Under the pieces are notes generated by a model. It saw only the letters and a program-made list of their open reading frames with translations. It searched no databases and was not told the DNA's origin. A stretch of DNA of 64,000 nucleotides, from the NCBI GenBank assembly GCA_964636385.1, contig CAZWSC010000078.1, forward strand, positions 42,874-106,873. The letters run 5' to 3'. The translations under genes were made by a program, and so were the position numbers. The stretch is from an uncultured bacterium. GTDB taxonomy: Bacteria > Eisenbacteria > RBG-16-71-46 > CAIMUX01. Below, piece after piece: positions 36,477 through 45,607 of the stretch. Position 1 is the first letter of the stretch, and each line of letters begins with the position of its first letter.

Positions 36477-36727
36477 TTCCGCAGTTTCCCGGCAGGGTCC
36501 GTGCGCTCCAGTCCTGATATGTCACTGCATCGAGATGCGGCACAGGGTTGAAGCAGCCAGAAGATAGCACGTGGCGCTATCAATGCGAGGGGAAATTCCG
36601 TAACAGTGTGAAGTTTCTACAGAGTCAGAATAGGAGTATCCTTGCAGATCCAGGGGCCACCACGGAGTTGTCAGCTTATATCTTCCTGTGGTTCAACATG
36701 TTGCAGAATGCTCTGGTGTCCGGGGTA

Positions 36728-36745
36728 TTGGCACGCCGCTTGACA
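36728..36745 (+). promoter_or_regulatory. Sigma-54-like -24/-12 motif (TGGCAC-N5-TTGAC) inside the 718-bp non-coding region upstream of the NtrC-type regulator operon
   Basis: TTGGCACGCCGCTTGACA read from the sequence. The -12 element is imperfect (GA instead of GC) and no + strand gene lies immediately downstream. Confidence 0.15.
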
Positions 36746-37194
36746 CACGGTATGCCGAAGTGTACCCATGACGGGTTTGTCTCGGGTGGAAGTATCGAAA
36801 CACACCGGGGATCGCGGCAACAAGAAATGACCTGTGGTGGTTGGCCCTGCCGGCGCCACGCGATCCCGGATCTTCTCCCGATCGAGTCCGTCGCGCTGTT
36901 TGCCCTTCATGGCTGAATCGTCCAAAGCTGTCAGCGGCGCCGTCCGCCTGGGCGAAGCAGACGAGGCCTTGGAGACGGGTGTGGCGGTGTACGAATCGCC
37001 CTGGTAGACCGGACCTGGCGTGCTTGCATCGGGCGCGTGGTACGGGCTGCACCCCTCCCCATCGCCTCCCTGCCATCCCCGGGTGGACGGCGCCGCTTTT
37101 CCATGCGTGCTTGCGGCCTGGCAATCCGCCCCCGACGAGGGCGATTTGCGAGGCCGCACCCGCGAAGCGAACCCGAGACGCGCGCGCCCGGCCT

Positions 37195-39723
37195 CTACAG
37201 CCCGATCCCCAGGAGCGATCCCGCCTGGTAGACAACGGCCGAGATCAGGAACGCCAGCAGGGTAAGGCCGAAGAACTGCATCATGGGCCACTTCCAGGAT
37301 CCACTCTCCTGCCTGGTGACCGCAAACGTGGCCATGCAGGGTGTGCCGATGAGGGTGAAGAGCAGAATGGACAGGCCCGCCAGAGGCGGATACGTGGCGC
37401 GCAGCCTCTCCCGCAGCATCTCCTTGTCCTCGGTGTCGTCCGAACCCACGGAGTGGACGATGCTCAGCTGGGCGACGAAGACCTCCTTTGCCGCAAACGA
37501 GCCGAGAAGCGCGGTCCCGATCTTCCAGTCGAATCCCATCGGGCGGAGAGCCGGCTCCATGAAGCGTCCGATCCTCCCCGCCGTGGAGTGGGCCAGCTCT
37601 TCCGCACCCTTGGACGCCGCAAGCTCCCTCATCGCGTCTTCATGCGGCCCGCGCATCTCATCCAGGTAGCGTACGGCCGCCTCGAAGGTGCCCGGGTCCT
37701 CGAAACGAAGGGCATCCAGCCCTGACTGAAGCGACAGGAGCCTCATGGCTTCGCCACGCGATCCGATCCCCGAATCGCCCAGGAATCCGACGAGTTCATC
37801 GCGCGTGCTCCCGACCAGGCTTGCGGCCGAGAGGAAGGCTGTGAGCCTCTGCCCGCCGGGAAGGCTCTGCAGTGAGTCCAGCGTCGCTTCGAAGCGGGCC
37901 CCGGCGGAGGCGAATCCACCCTCGTGTGGATGGTACAGGGCCTGGGTGCGCTCCATATCCAGCTTGGCGCGGACGGCGGACCGGAGAAGGTCGGAATCCT
38001 CAGGAAGGTTCATGAGATGATTCAGGCTCCCGGCTTTCTCCACCAGTGCGAGCTCGGCTGCGGCCGCTTCCGCATCGTAATCACGCCCGTACTCGGAGAT
38101 GCGCGGGAAGGCGGAGAGCACCCACAGGATCACGGAAATCGCGAGGATGATGGTTCCCGCTTTGCGGAGGTAAAGCCATGCCCGTTCCCACATGTGGATC
38201 AGCATCCCCTTCACGGTGGGCAGGCGATAGGGCGGGACCTCCATCACGAAGGGTGTCGACGGGCCCCTGAATATGGTCGCCCGAAGCAGCTTCGCCAGCA
38301 CGATGGCGAGCACGATCCCGATTATGTATATGAGCCACAGGACCGGGCCCTGCATGTGGGGTGGGAAGAAGGCCGGGATTATCAGTGCGTATATGGTCAA
38401 ACGCGCTCCGCAGCTCATCAGCGGGACAACCATGAGGGTGGTCAGGCGGTCTCTCCGGCTTTCCAGGGTGCGCGTGGCCATCACGGCAGGAACCGTGCAC
38501 CCGAAGCCGATGACCATCGGGATGAAGCTCTTCCCGTGCAGCCCGATCCTGTGCATCAGCCCGTCCAGGATGAAAGCGGCGCGCGCCATGTATCCCGAAT
38601 CCTCCAGCAGCGCGATTGCCAGGAAGAGGATCACTATGTTGGGCAGGAAGACTATCACGCCTCCCACTCCGCCGATGATCCCATCCACGAGTAGCGAGAG
38701 CAGCAGGCTGTCGCTACCCCGGGGCCACAGACTGGTCAGGAATGAGGCCAGGTAGGAGAAACCATGGTCGATTCCGTTCATCAGTGGCTCGCCCAGGGCG
38801 AAGGTGGCATGAAAGACCAGGTACATCATCGCGAGGAAGATGGGTATGCCCAGCGCGCGGTTTGTGAGAACCAGGTCCACGGTGTCCGAAAGGGTGTGCC
38901 TGGTTTCCACCGTGGAACGGACGGCCTCCTGGCAGGCCCCGGATATGAAGCCGTAGCGCCGTTCGGCAATGATCACCTCGGGGTTGTCCCCGAAGACCCT
39001 GCGGATCCTGGCAGCGCCCTTGTCGACGGCATCACGGATTCGGGGGGAGTTCAGCACCTCCCGCACCTGGGGGTCGTTCTCGAGCAGCTTCACGGCCGAC
39101 CACCGCGGGGAAATGCCTGCCGGGGCCGGATGACCCTCGAGTATCTCCACGAGTTTCCCGATCTCCTGCTCGATCTCCCGCCCGTAGTCGACCGTCGGCC
39201 CGTCACCGCCTGTTCCGACCTTCGCGAGGTCGGCGGTGGCCAGGACCGAATCGAGCAAGTCCTCGATCCCCTCGCCCTTCGATCCCACCGTGGGAACAAG
39301 CGGCACTCCGAGGAGGCGTGAAAGGGCATCAAGGTCGAACTCCAGCCCTTCAGCCCTGGCCAGGTCGCTCTTGTTGAGGGCCAGGACCAGGGGGAGGCCG
39401 AGCTCCATCAGTTGTACAGCCAGATAGAGGTTCCGCTCGATATTGGAGGAGTCAACGACATGGACGACCACATCCGGTGGATGGTCGATGAGGAAGTCGC
39501 GGGCCGCGGTCTCTTCCGGGGAGTAGGCGGTCAGGCTGTAGGTGCCGGGGAGATCGACGATGCGGATATCGCGATCCCGGTGCCGCCGCGTCCCCTCGGT
39601 GATCTCCACGGTCACACCGGGGTAGTTGGCAACATGCTGGTGCTTCCCGGTGAGCCGATTGAAGAGGGTGCTTTTCCCGGAGTTCGGGTTTCCGGCCAGC
39701 GCGATCGTTGTGCCTGTGCTCAT
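37195..39723 (-). CDS. feoB: Ferrous iron transporter FeoB (long form, 842 aa)
   Basis: G-protein motifs (ALAGNPNSGKSTLFN; DLPG). Polytopic gate domains. Immediately downstream of feoA. Confidence 0.9.
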   Translation of the reverse strand: MSTGTTIALAGNPNSGKSTLFNRLTGKHQHVANYPGVTVEITEGTRRHRDRDIRIVDLPGTYSLTAYSPEETAARDFLIDHPPDVVVHVVDSSNIERNLYLAVQLMELGLPLVLALNKSDLARAEGLEFDLDALSRLLGVPLVPTVGSKGEGIEDLLDSVLATADLAKVGTGGDGPTVDYGREIEQEIGKLVEILEGHPAPAGISPRWSAVKLLENDPQVREVLNSPRIRDAVDKGAARIRRVFGDNPEVIIAERRYGFISGACQEAVRSTVETRHTLSDTVDLVLTNRALGIPIFLAMMYLVFHATFALGEPLMNGIDHGFSYLASFLTSLWPRGSDSLLLSLLVDGIIGGVGGVIVFLPNIVILFLAIALLEDSGYMARAAFILDGLMHRIGLHGKSFIPMVIGFGCTVPAVMATRTLESRRDRLTTLMVVPLMSCGARLTIYALIIPAFFPPHMQGPVLWLIYIIGIVLAIVLAKLLRATIFRGPSTPFVMEVPPYRLPTVKGMLIHMWERAWLYLRKAGTIILAISVILWVLSAFPRISEYGRDYDAEAAAAELALVEKAGSLNHLMNLPEDSDLLRSAVRAKLDMERTQALYHPHEGGFASAGARFEATLDSLQSLPGGQRLTAFLSAASLVGSTRDELVGFLGDSGIGSRGEAMRLLSLQSGLDALRFEDPGTFEAAVRYLDEMRGPHEDAMRELAASKGAEELAHSTAGRIGRFMEPALRPMGFDWKIGTALLGSFAAKEVFVAQLSIVHSVGSDDTEDKEMLRERLRATYPPLAGLSILLFTLIGTPCMATFAVTRQESGSWKWPMMQFFGLTLLAFLISAVVYQAGSLLGIGL

Positions 39724-39729
39724 CTGCGG

Positions 39730-40131
39730 CTAGCCCACCATGACTCTCTGGGCCACACCGCGGCCCAGGACCACCCTGCTTCCCTTGACAGACACCATGA
39801 ACGGGCCGCGTGATGCATTACGCAGGACCTCGATCTCAGCGCCCGGAACGAGCCCCATTGCGGCAAGACGTGCCGCGCACTCGCGTCCCGTATGGAGGGC
39901 GAGGAGTTTCACCTTTCGTCCGGCGCCGACCATGGCCAGAGGTACTCCCGAAACCCCCGGCCTGGCAGACCGGGCCTCGCCGGGGGGGGGAACGGGGCAT
40001 GGGTTGGGGCCGGATCCGCCTCCATCTCCCTCTGCCGCGCAGGCACGCCAGGAGCAGCCATCGTGCAGCATGCAGTCCCCGGGGACGATCGCGGCGTCTT
40101 CCGCCTCGAAGCGATCATGTTCGCCCGGCAT
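39730..40131 (-). CDS. feoA: FeoA-domain protein with an N-terminal Cys-containing extension
   Basis: C-terminal KVKLLALHTGRECAARLAAMGLVPGAEIEVL...RVVLGRG is a FeoA/SH3-like domain. GGAAGGAGG sits 5 nt before the ATG at 40131, so it would overlap the dtxR stop by 17 nt. N-terminus carries DCMLHDGCSWRAC. Alternative start at 39933. Confidence 0.6.
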   Translation of the reverse strand: MPGEHDRFEAEDAAIVPGDCMLHDGCSWRACAAEGDGGGSGPNPCPVPPPGEARSARPGVSGVPLAMVGAGRKVKLLALHTGRECAARLAAMGLVPGAEIEVLRNASRGPFMVSVKGSRVVLGRGVAQRVMVG

Positions 40132-40630
40132 GCCTGCCTCCTTCCCCGACCTGCTCCGCACAGGCATCGAGGCACGCTTCGCAACGCTCGTCGGGATGGA
40201 AGCCCTCCGATTCCCCTTTCGTCCAGGATGCGTGTGCAATCGGGCACGCTTCGAAGAACTCAGCCAGGTCTACCAGCCTTTCGAGCAGGGAACGCGTCAT
40301 CGCATGTTCCATACGGCATGCAGCTTCGTCAGCCTCATCCTCCTCGATCCGGAGCACACGGACGAAGAAATCCCGGAGGATCTCATGGCGGCGAACGACC
40401 TCGGCACCCAGGGCACGGCCCCTCTCCGTAAGTGTGACCAGGTCATAAGGCGCGTAGTGGATCATTCCCCGGTCAGCCAGGACCCGCAGGGCCCCCGTCA
40501 CTGATGACTGGTTGACCTTGAGCCGGTCGGCTATGTCCTTGGGCCTTGCCGCCTGCTTCCGGGAGACTATGTGGAAGATCGCCTCCAGGTAGTCTTCCTG
40601 GCTGTCGCTCAGCCTTGCTGTCTGTGTCAT
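40115..40630 (-). CDS. DtxR/IdeR-family iron-dependent transcriptional repressor with a Cys-rich C-terminal tail
   Basis: N-terminal wHTH (SDSQEDYLEAIF...VTGALRVLADRGMI). Metal-site residues C-x2-E-H (ACRMEH) as in Fe-responsive DtxR/IdeR. The C-terminal C-x21-C-x2-C-x3-C replaces the SH3-like domain. Confidence 0.8.
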   Translation of the reverse strand: MTQTARLSDSQEDYLEAIFHIVSRKQAARPKDIADRLKVNQSSVTGALRVLADRGMIHYAPYDLVTLTERGRALGAEVVRRHEILRDFFVRVLRIEEDEADEAACRMEHAMTRSLLERLVDLAEFFEACPIAHASWTKGESEGFHPDERCEACLDACAEQVGEGGRHAGRT

Positions 40631-40805
40631 GGGTTACCTCCAGATTCTTCGGCAACCCCAAAACATATGGGACCGCCTAACTCGTCGTCAACCTGTGATG
40701 CAGGGAGAATCGTTCCTGTACGGCCACGCATCCGGTCCGCTTGACGTGGGGGTCCCACAACCCATAGCATGACGTGGGTTTCTGAACCACAACCCTGAGG
40801 AGTCC

Positions 40806-42053
40806 ATGGGCGACACATATCCCCGGACGGGTGAGCCGGCTCCCGACACAGTACTGAAGCCGGCAGACCTCTTCGACAAGTGCTTACGATTCAGGCGAGT
40901 GAGGGATGCCCAGGAAGCGGGCCTGTATCCTTACTTCGTGCCGATATCGGGATCCGAGGGTACGGAGGTCTGGATCGATGGCAGGCGCAAGATCATGCTC
41001 GGCTCGAACAACTACCTGGGCCTGACCCACGATCCCCGGGTGATCGAGGCGGGGGAGAAGGCCGCCCGTCAGTACGGGGCGGGCTGTACCGGAAGCCGCT
41101 TTCTCAACGGCACCCTGGACATCCACGAGAAGCTGGAGGAGGAGCTGGCGGGCTTCATGCACAAGCCTGCCGCAATAGTCTTCTCCACGGGATTCCAGAC
41201 GAATCTCGGGATCATCTCCGCCCTGGTCGGGCGCGACGATTCGGTCATCATCGACAAGCTGGATCACGCCTGCATCGTGGACGGCGCGGTGCTCTCGCAG
41301 GGTGCCACGTACCGGTACAGCCACAACGACATGAACCACCTCGAGCGGATGCTGCAGAAGGCGCGGAGGGAGAACCCCAAGGGCGGGATCCTGGTGGTGG
41401 TGGACGGGATCTTCAGCATGGAGGGTGACCTGGCCGATCTCCCCCCGATCGTAGATCTCTGCAGACAGCAGGGTGCGCGCCTGCTGGTTGACGAGGCTCA
41501 CTCGCTTGGGGTCATGGGCCCGACGGGGGCCGGCCTGGCCGAGCACTTCGGCCTGTCGGAGCAGGCCGATCTCCTGATGGGAACATTCAGCAAGTCGTTT
41601 GCATCCATCGGCGGGGTTGCAGCCGGGGATGCCGAGGTCATCAGCTACATCAAACACATGGCCAGGACCATGATCTTCAGCGCATCGATGCCTCCGTTCG
41701 CGGTTGCATCCGTGCGGGAGTGTCTTCGGATCCTGCGCGAGGAGCCGGAACGACGGGAGCATCTGTGGCGTAACACCTCCCGCTGGAAGGAAGGTCTTCT
41801 GTCCCTCGGGTTTAACATCGGCGGCACCAACTCACCGGTCATCCCGATCATCGTGGGTGAGACTGAGAACACCTTCGTCTTCTGGAAGGTGCTCTTTGAG
41901 ATGGGGATATTCTCGAATCCGGTCATCCCCCCTGCAGTTCCGGAGCGGACCTCGAGGATCAGGACCAGCCTTATGGCCACTCACACGGACGAGCTGCTGG
42001 ACGAGGCCCTGGAGATTTTCAAGCAGGCCGGCAGGCGTGTCGGCCTGATATAG
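40806..42053 (+). CDS. spt: Alpha-oxoamine synthase, serine palmitoyltransferase-like (PLP-dependent)
   Basis: AOS family with the PLP-Lys motif GTFSKSFASIGG (TFSKS is Spt-like; BioF has LSKA, Kbl has LGKA). Gene context with bCerS/CerR-like genes. Confidence 0.7.
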   Translation: MGDTYPRTGEPAPDTVLKPADLFDKCLRFRRVRDAQEAGLYPYFVPISGSEGTEVWIDGRRKIMLGSNNYLGLTHDPRVIEAGEKAARQYGAGCTGSRFLNGTLDIHEKLEEELAGFMHKPAAIVFSTGFQTNLGIISALVGRDDSVIIDKLDHACIVDGAVLSQGATYRYSHNDMNHLERMLQKARRENPKGGILVVVDGIFSMEGDLADLPPIVDLCRQQGARLLVDEAHSLGVMGPTGAGLAEHFGLSEQADLLMGTFSKSFASIGGVAAGDAEVISYIKHMARTMIFSASMPPFAVASVRECLRILREEPERREHLWRNTSRWKEGLLSLGFNIGGTNSPVIPIIVGETENTFVFWKVLFEMGIFSNPVIPPAVPERTSRIRTSLMATHTDELLDEALEIFKQAGRRVGLI

Positions 42054-42161
42054 TCCGGGCTGGCCCGGCACGGCATCCGGATCATGTACTCCGGGTGTCG
42101 CGTACGAGAACTCATCGATCGCCCGGGTCGGGGACCGATTCTTCAGCACAGGCGGACACGG

Positions 42162-43307
42162 ATGCCCATTCCGGAGATAGAGATGGTCCCGGTCGAATCC
42201 GGTTCGGATCTCAGGCGCTTCGTGAAGTTCCCATGGAGCGTCTACCGGGACGACCCCAACTGGGTCCCTCCACTGATCGCGGATACCTGCAGGATGCTTA
42301 CGCCCGGCAAACACCCCTTCCACGAGCATGCGGATGTCCAGTGCTTCCTTGCCGTGCGGACCGGTTCGGCGCGGCCCGGACGTGAGGTGATCGGCAGGAT
42401 TGCCGCCATTGTCAACCACCTGCACAATGAGGTTCACGGGGAGAAGACCGGCTTCTTCGGGTTCTTCGAGACCCTGCCCGATCCGACTGTGCCGCCTTTC
42501 CTGTTCGAGGCTGCTGGAGCCTGGCTTCGCGGGAAGGGCATGGAAACCATGCGCGGCCCCGCCTCGTTCTCAGGCAACGAGGAGTGGGGGCTCCTGATCG
42601 ACGGATTCGACCGTCCGCCCATGGTCAAAATGAGCTACAACCCGCCCGGTTACGCCGCCCATGTCGAGTCGTATGGTTTCCGAAAGGCCAGGGATCTTGT
42701 GGCCTACTATCTGGACAACGTGGAGCCTCCGGCCCGTATCGTGCGCGCCGCCGACCGGATGGCCAGGCAGGCGAAGATCACGGTCCGCACAATGGACATG
42801 AAGCACTTTCGCAGGGAGGTGGAACTGGTCCGCGAAATCTACAACGGCGCATGGGAGAAGAACTGGGGTTTCGTCCCGATGACCGAGGCCGAGATCGACC
42901 ATATGGCCAAGGAACTCAAGCCGGTGGTAGACCCGAACCTCGTGGTGTTTGCGGAGGCCGAAGGTAAGCCTGTAGGCTTCGCATTCGCACTGAAGGATGT
43001 GAACCAGGCCTTGAGAAGGGCGAACGGCAGGCTCTTCCCCTTCGGTCTCATCAGGATGCTCATCGCCTCCCGGAAGATACGGGAGGTTCGCGTTCTGACC
43101 CTGGGTGTGCTTCCGGAGTACCGGAACCGGGGTGTGGATTCCCTCATGTCCCTTGCCCTCTTCCGCAAAGGCAGGGAAGGCGGTTATGCAGCCGGGGAGT
43201 TCTCATGGATTCTGGAAGACAACAGGGCAATGCGCAGGGTACTGGAACATATGGGGGCGAGGGTGTACAAGACCTACAGGCTCTATGACATTCCTCTGAA
43301 GCCATGA
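42162..43307 (+). CDS. GNAT-fold N-acyltransferase, bacterial ceramide synthase (bCerS)-like
   Basis: C-terminal acyl-CoA N-acyltransferase motif LGVLPEYRNRGVDSLM. ~380 aa. Located between the Spt-like and CerR-like genes. Start uncertain (42084, 42162 or 42183). Confidence 0.5.
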   Translation: MPIPEIEMVPVESGSDLRRFVKFPWSVYRDDPNWVPPLIADTCRMLTPGKHPFHEHADVQCFLAVRTGSARPGREVIGRIAAIVNHLHNEVHGEKTGFFGFFETLPDPTVPPFLFEAAGAWLRGKGMETMRGPASFSGNEEWGLLIDGFDRPPMVKMSYNPPGYAAHVESYGFRKARDLVAYYLDNVEPPARIVRAADRMARQAKITVRTMDMKHFRREVELVREIYNGAWEKNWGFVPMTEAEIDHMAKELKPVVDPNLVVFAEAEGKPVGFAFALKDVNQALRRANGRLFPFGLIRMLIASRKIREVRVLTLGVLPEYRNRGVDSLMSLALFRKGREGGYAAGEFSWILEDNRAMRRVLEHMGARVYKTYRLYDIPLKP

Positions 43308-44407
43308 AGACTGCCTCTCCAGGGGTGGAGCGCCCGCGGCGCCGGGAACATGCGGCCCGGGACGGGATGCACGGCGAATCCGGTGAGCAGAGTCTCTTCG
43401 CCAGGTCCCACAGGGTTCTGGTCACGGGCGGCACCGGGTTCGTCGGATCGCACCTCGTGGAGAGACTGGTCGCGAGGGGATACAGGGTTCGACTGCTGGT
43501 CCGCAGGACGAGCAGCCTTCACTGGCTTGAAGGAATCCCGGTTGAGCTGGCCTATGGAGATGTCAGGGACAAGGCCTCCCTCTGCGGAGCCTGTGTCGGC
43601 GTCCGCAGCGTGTTCCACTTCGGCGGCCTGACCACGGCATGGCGCTCAAGGGACTTCTTCGATGTGAACGAGGATGGCACCAGGAACCTGGCCGAAGCGC
43701 TGGCCGAGAGAGGTGACCCCGGAGGCTTCTTCGTATACTGCAGCAGCCTTGCGGCAGCCGGTCCGTCGGTTCCGCTGGAGAGGGATCCGGAACCGATCCG
43801 CACCGAGGCGGATCCCGTCACCCCTGTCAGTGCATACGGCCAGAGCAAGCTGGCCGGCGAGGAGGCTCTGCGGGACCTTGCCGATGCGCACAGTACCTTC
43901 CGGCACCTGATCCTGAGGCCGCCAGCGGTCTACGGCCCCCGGGACGGTACAGTTCTCAACCTCTTCCGGCTGGTGAAGCACGGCATTCTGCCGGTGCCCG
44001 ATGTCCCGGTCAGCAGGCTCAGTCTTGTCTACGTGGGCGATCTCGTAGACGCGGCAGTGAGGGGAGCCGATGCCGGTGCGCGCGGAACCTACTACATTAC
44101 CGACGGCGGGCTGTATACCTGGCTGGGCGTTGGCAGGCGGCTGGCGGAGTTCATGGATGTTCAGGTTCGCGTCATCCGGGTCCGCAGGTTCCCGGCCGGG
44201 GTTGCGGCTGCGGGGTCTGAACTCTGGGGCCTGATCACGCGGAATCGTGGCGTCTTCGACCGCGCCAAGGTGGACGATATATGGCAGCCACACTGGACGT
44301 GTTCGCCGGAGAAGGCGCGTAGAGACTGGGGGTATGAAGCCCGCTTCACTCTCGACCTGGGACTCGAAGAAACGCTCAGCTGGTACAGGGAAAACCAATG
44401 GCTCTGA
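43304..44407 (+). CDS. NAD(P)-dependent epimerase/dehydratase-family SDR, ceramide reductase (CerR)-like
   Basis: VLVTGGTGFVGSHL Rossmann motif. YGQSK catalytic YxxxK. ATGA overlap with the upstream gene. An alternative start at 43367 is possible. Confidence 0.6.
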   Translation: MKTASPGVERPRRREHAARDGMHGESGEQSLFARSHRVLVTGGTGFVGSHLVERLVARGYRVRLLVRRTSSLHWLEGIPVELAYGDVRDKASLCGACVGVRSVFHFGGLTTAWRSRDFFDVNEDGTRNLAEALAERGDPGGFFVYCSSLAAAGPSVPLERDPEPIRTEADPVTPVSAYGQSKLAGEEALRDLADAHSTFRHLILRPPAVYGPRDGTVLNLFRLVKHGILPVPDVPVSRLSLVYVGDLVDAAVRGADAGARGTYYITDGGLYTWLGVGRRLAEFMDVQVRVIRVRRFPAGVAAAGSELWGLITRNRGVFDRAKVDDIWQPHWTCSPEKARRDWGYEARFTLDLGLEETLSWYRENQWL

Positions 44408-45405
44408 TGAGGAGGACCGGTACTGTGGTCCTGCCGGAGACGATCGGCTTTTCGGTCGGCAGAACGCGGGGGTACAACCCGACCGATATCCTCGCCATGG
44501 TCTATCTGGCGGGTGTCAGCATCCTGATCCTGGTGGCGGGACGGGAGGCTGCCGGTTGGGGCGTGCGCCTGGCGGTGTATGCCGCCCTGCTGGGTGTGGT
44601 GGCGCTGCTGCGTTTCGTTCCCAGGCGGCTACCGCGCGTGCTCCAGTTCCTGCGCGAGTCCTACACTCTCGCCGCCCTCCCGGTGGCTTACGGTGACCTG
44701 GACTGGCTGAACCGGCTCATCAGCACCGGCTATCACGACGAGCTTGTGATGCGATGGGACCTCGCGCTGTTCGGATCGCATCCTCATCTGTACCTGAGCA
44801 GGATCCTCCCGTATCCGTTCCTCAGCGATCTGCTTCACGCCTGCTATCTTCTCTACATCGCGCTCGTGCCGGTTCTTGGGATAACGCTCTACCTCCAGAA
44901 CAGGGAGCACGCGTTCAGGGTGCTTGCCACCACGGTCACGCTGACCATGTACTCGTGCTACGCGTTCTTCATCGCCCTTCCGGTGCAGGGGCCCTACGAG
45001 TTCCATGGTCGGCCGGAGGGTGTTCCGGGGCTGGTTCCGGACCTGGTGTATGCGATGCTCGACAAGGGATCATCGGTCGGAACGGCCTTTCCCTCTTCGC
45101 ACGTGGCGGGTGCGATCGCGGTTGCGGTCATGTCCACGTGGTTCTCGAGAAGGCTATCTTATGTGATGGTGGTCCTGGCCCTGGGGATTGGAGTTGCAAC
45201 AGTCTACGGTGGATTCCACTACGCCATCGACGCCGTTGCCGGCTTCGCATACGGGCTGGCTCTATCGCTTGCCGGGCCCAGGATTCATGCCGCCTTTCTC
45301 AGGCAGGCCAGGATTCCCCATGTGCATTTCCGCTTTCCACACCTGCGGCTTCGTTGGAAGGAAGCCAGGGCACAGGCAGTGGACCGCCGGCGAAACATCA
45401 TGTGA
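44398..45405 (+). CDS. PAP2-superfamily integral membrane protein (possible sphingolipid head-group transferase or phosphatase)
   Basis: PAP2 motifs C2 PSSH (FPSSHVAGA) and C3 (GFHYAIDAVAG). Six TM helices. 10-nt overlap with the upstream gene. Confidence 0.7.
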   Translation: MALMRRTGTVVLPETIGFSVGRTRGYNPTDILAMVYLAGVSILILVAGREAAGWGVRLAVYAALLGVVALLRFVPRRLPRVLQFLRESYTLAALPVAYGDLDWLNRLISTGYHDELVMRWDLALFGSHPHLYLSRILPYPFLSDLLHACYLLYIALVPVLGITLYLQNREHAFRVLATTVTLTMYSCYAFFIALPVQGPYEFHGRPEGVPGLVPDLVYAMLDKGSSVGTAFPSSHVAGAIAVAVMSTWFSRRLSYVMVVLALGIGVATVYGGFHYAIDAVAGFAYGLALSLAGPRIHAAFLRQARIPHVHFRFPHLRLRWKEARAQAVDRRRNIM

Positions 45406-45607
45406 ATCTCCCCCCGCGCAGTGCTCCGCAGATTCTGATAGAATGCCCCCTCAGCCTTCTATCCGATGCGGGCTGATTCGTGTGGCGGAGGAGAAGGCGG
45501 CGGACACAATGCGATCGAGGCCGGTCCAGTGCAGGCAGAATCGCGGAACCGTGGTCAGGATGGCGGATCGTATCCGGCTCTCATGCCGGGGGAGTCGGGA
45601 GGTCTGA

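Noticed and set aside
36841-37725. 294-aa + strand ORF overlapping the 3' end of feoB
   Set aside because: Low-complexity Arg/Pro-rich product opposite a well-supported gene. Only its first ~350 bp lie in the non-coding gap, with no RBS.
45188-45607. 139-aa ORF in the PAP2-GT4 intergenic region
   Set aside because: It mostly overlaps the 3' end of the PAP2 gene in another frame. The remaining 200-bp spacer holds the GT4 RBS and GTG start.
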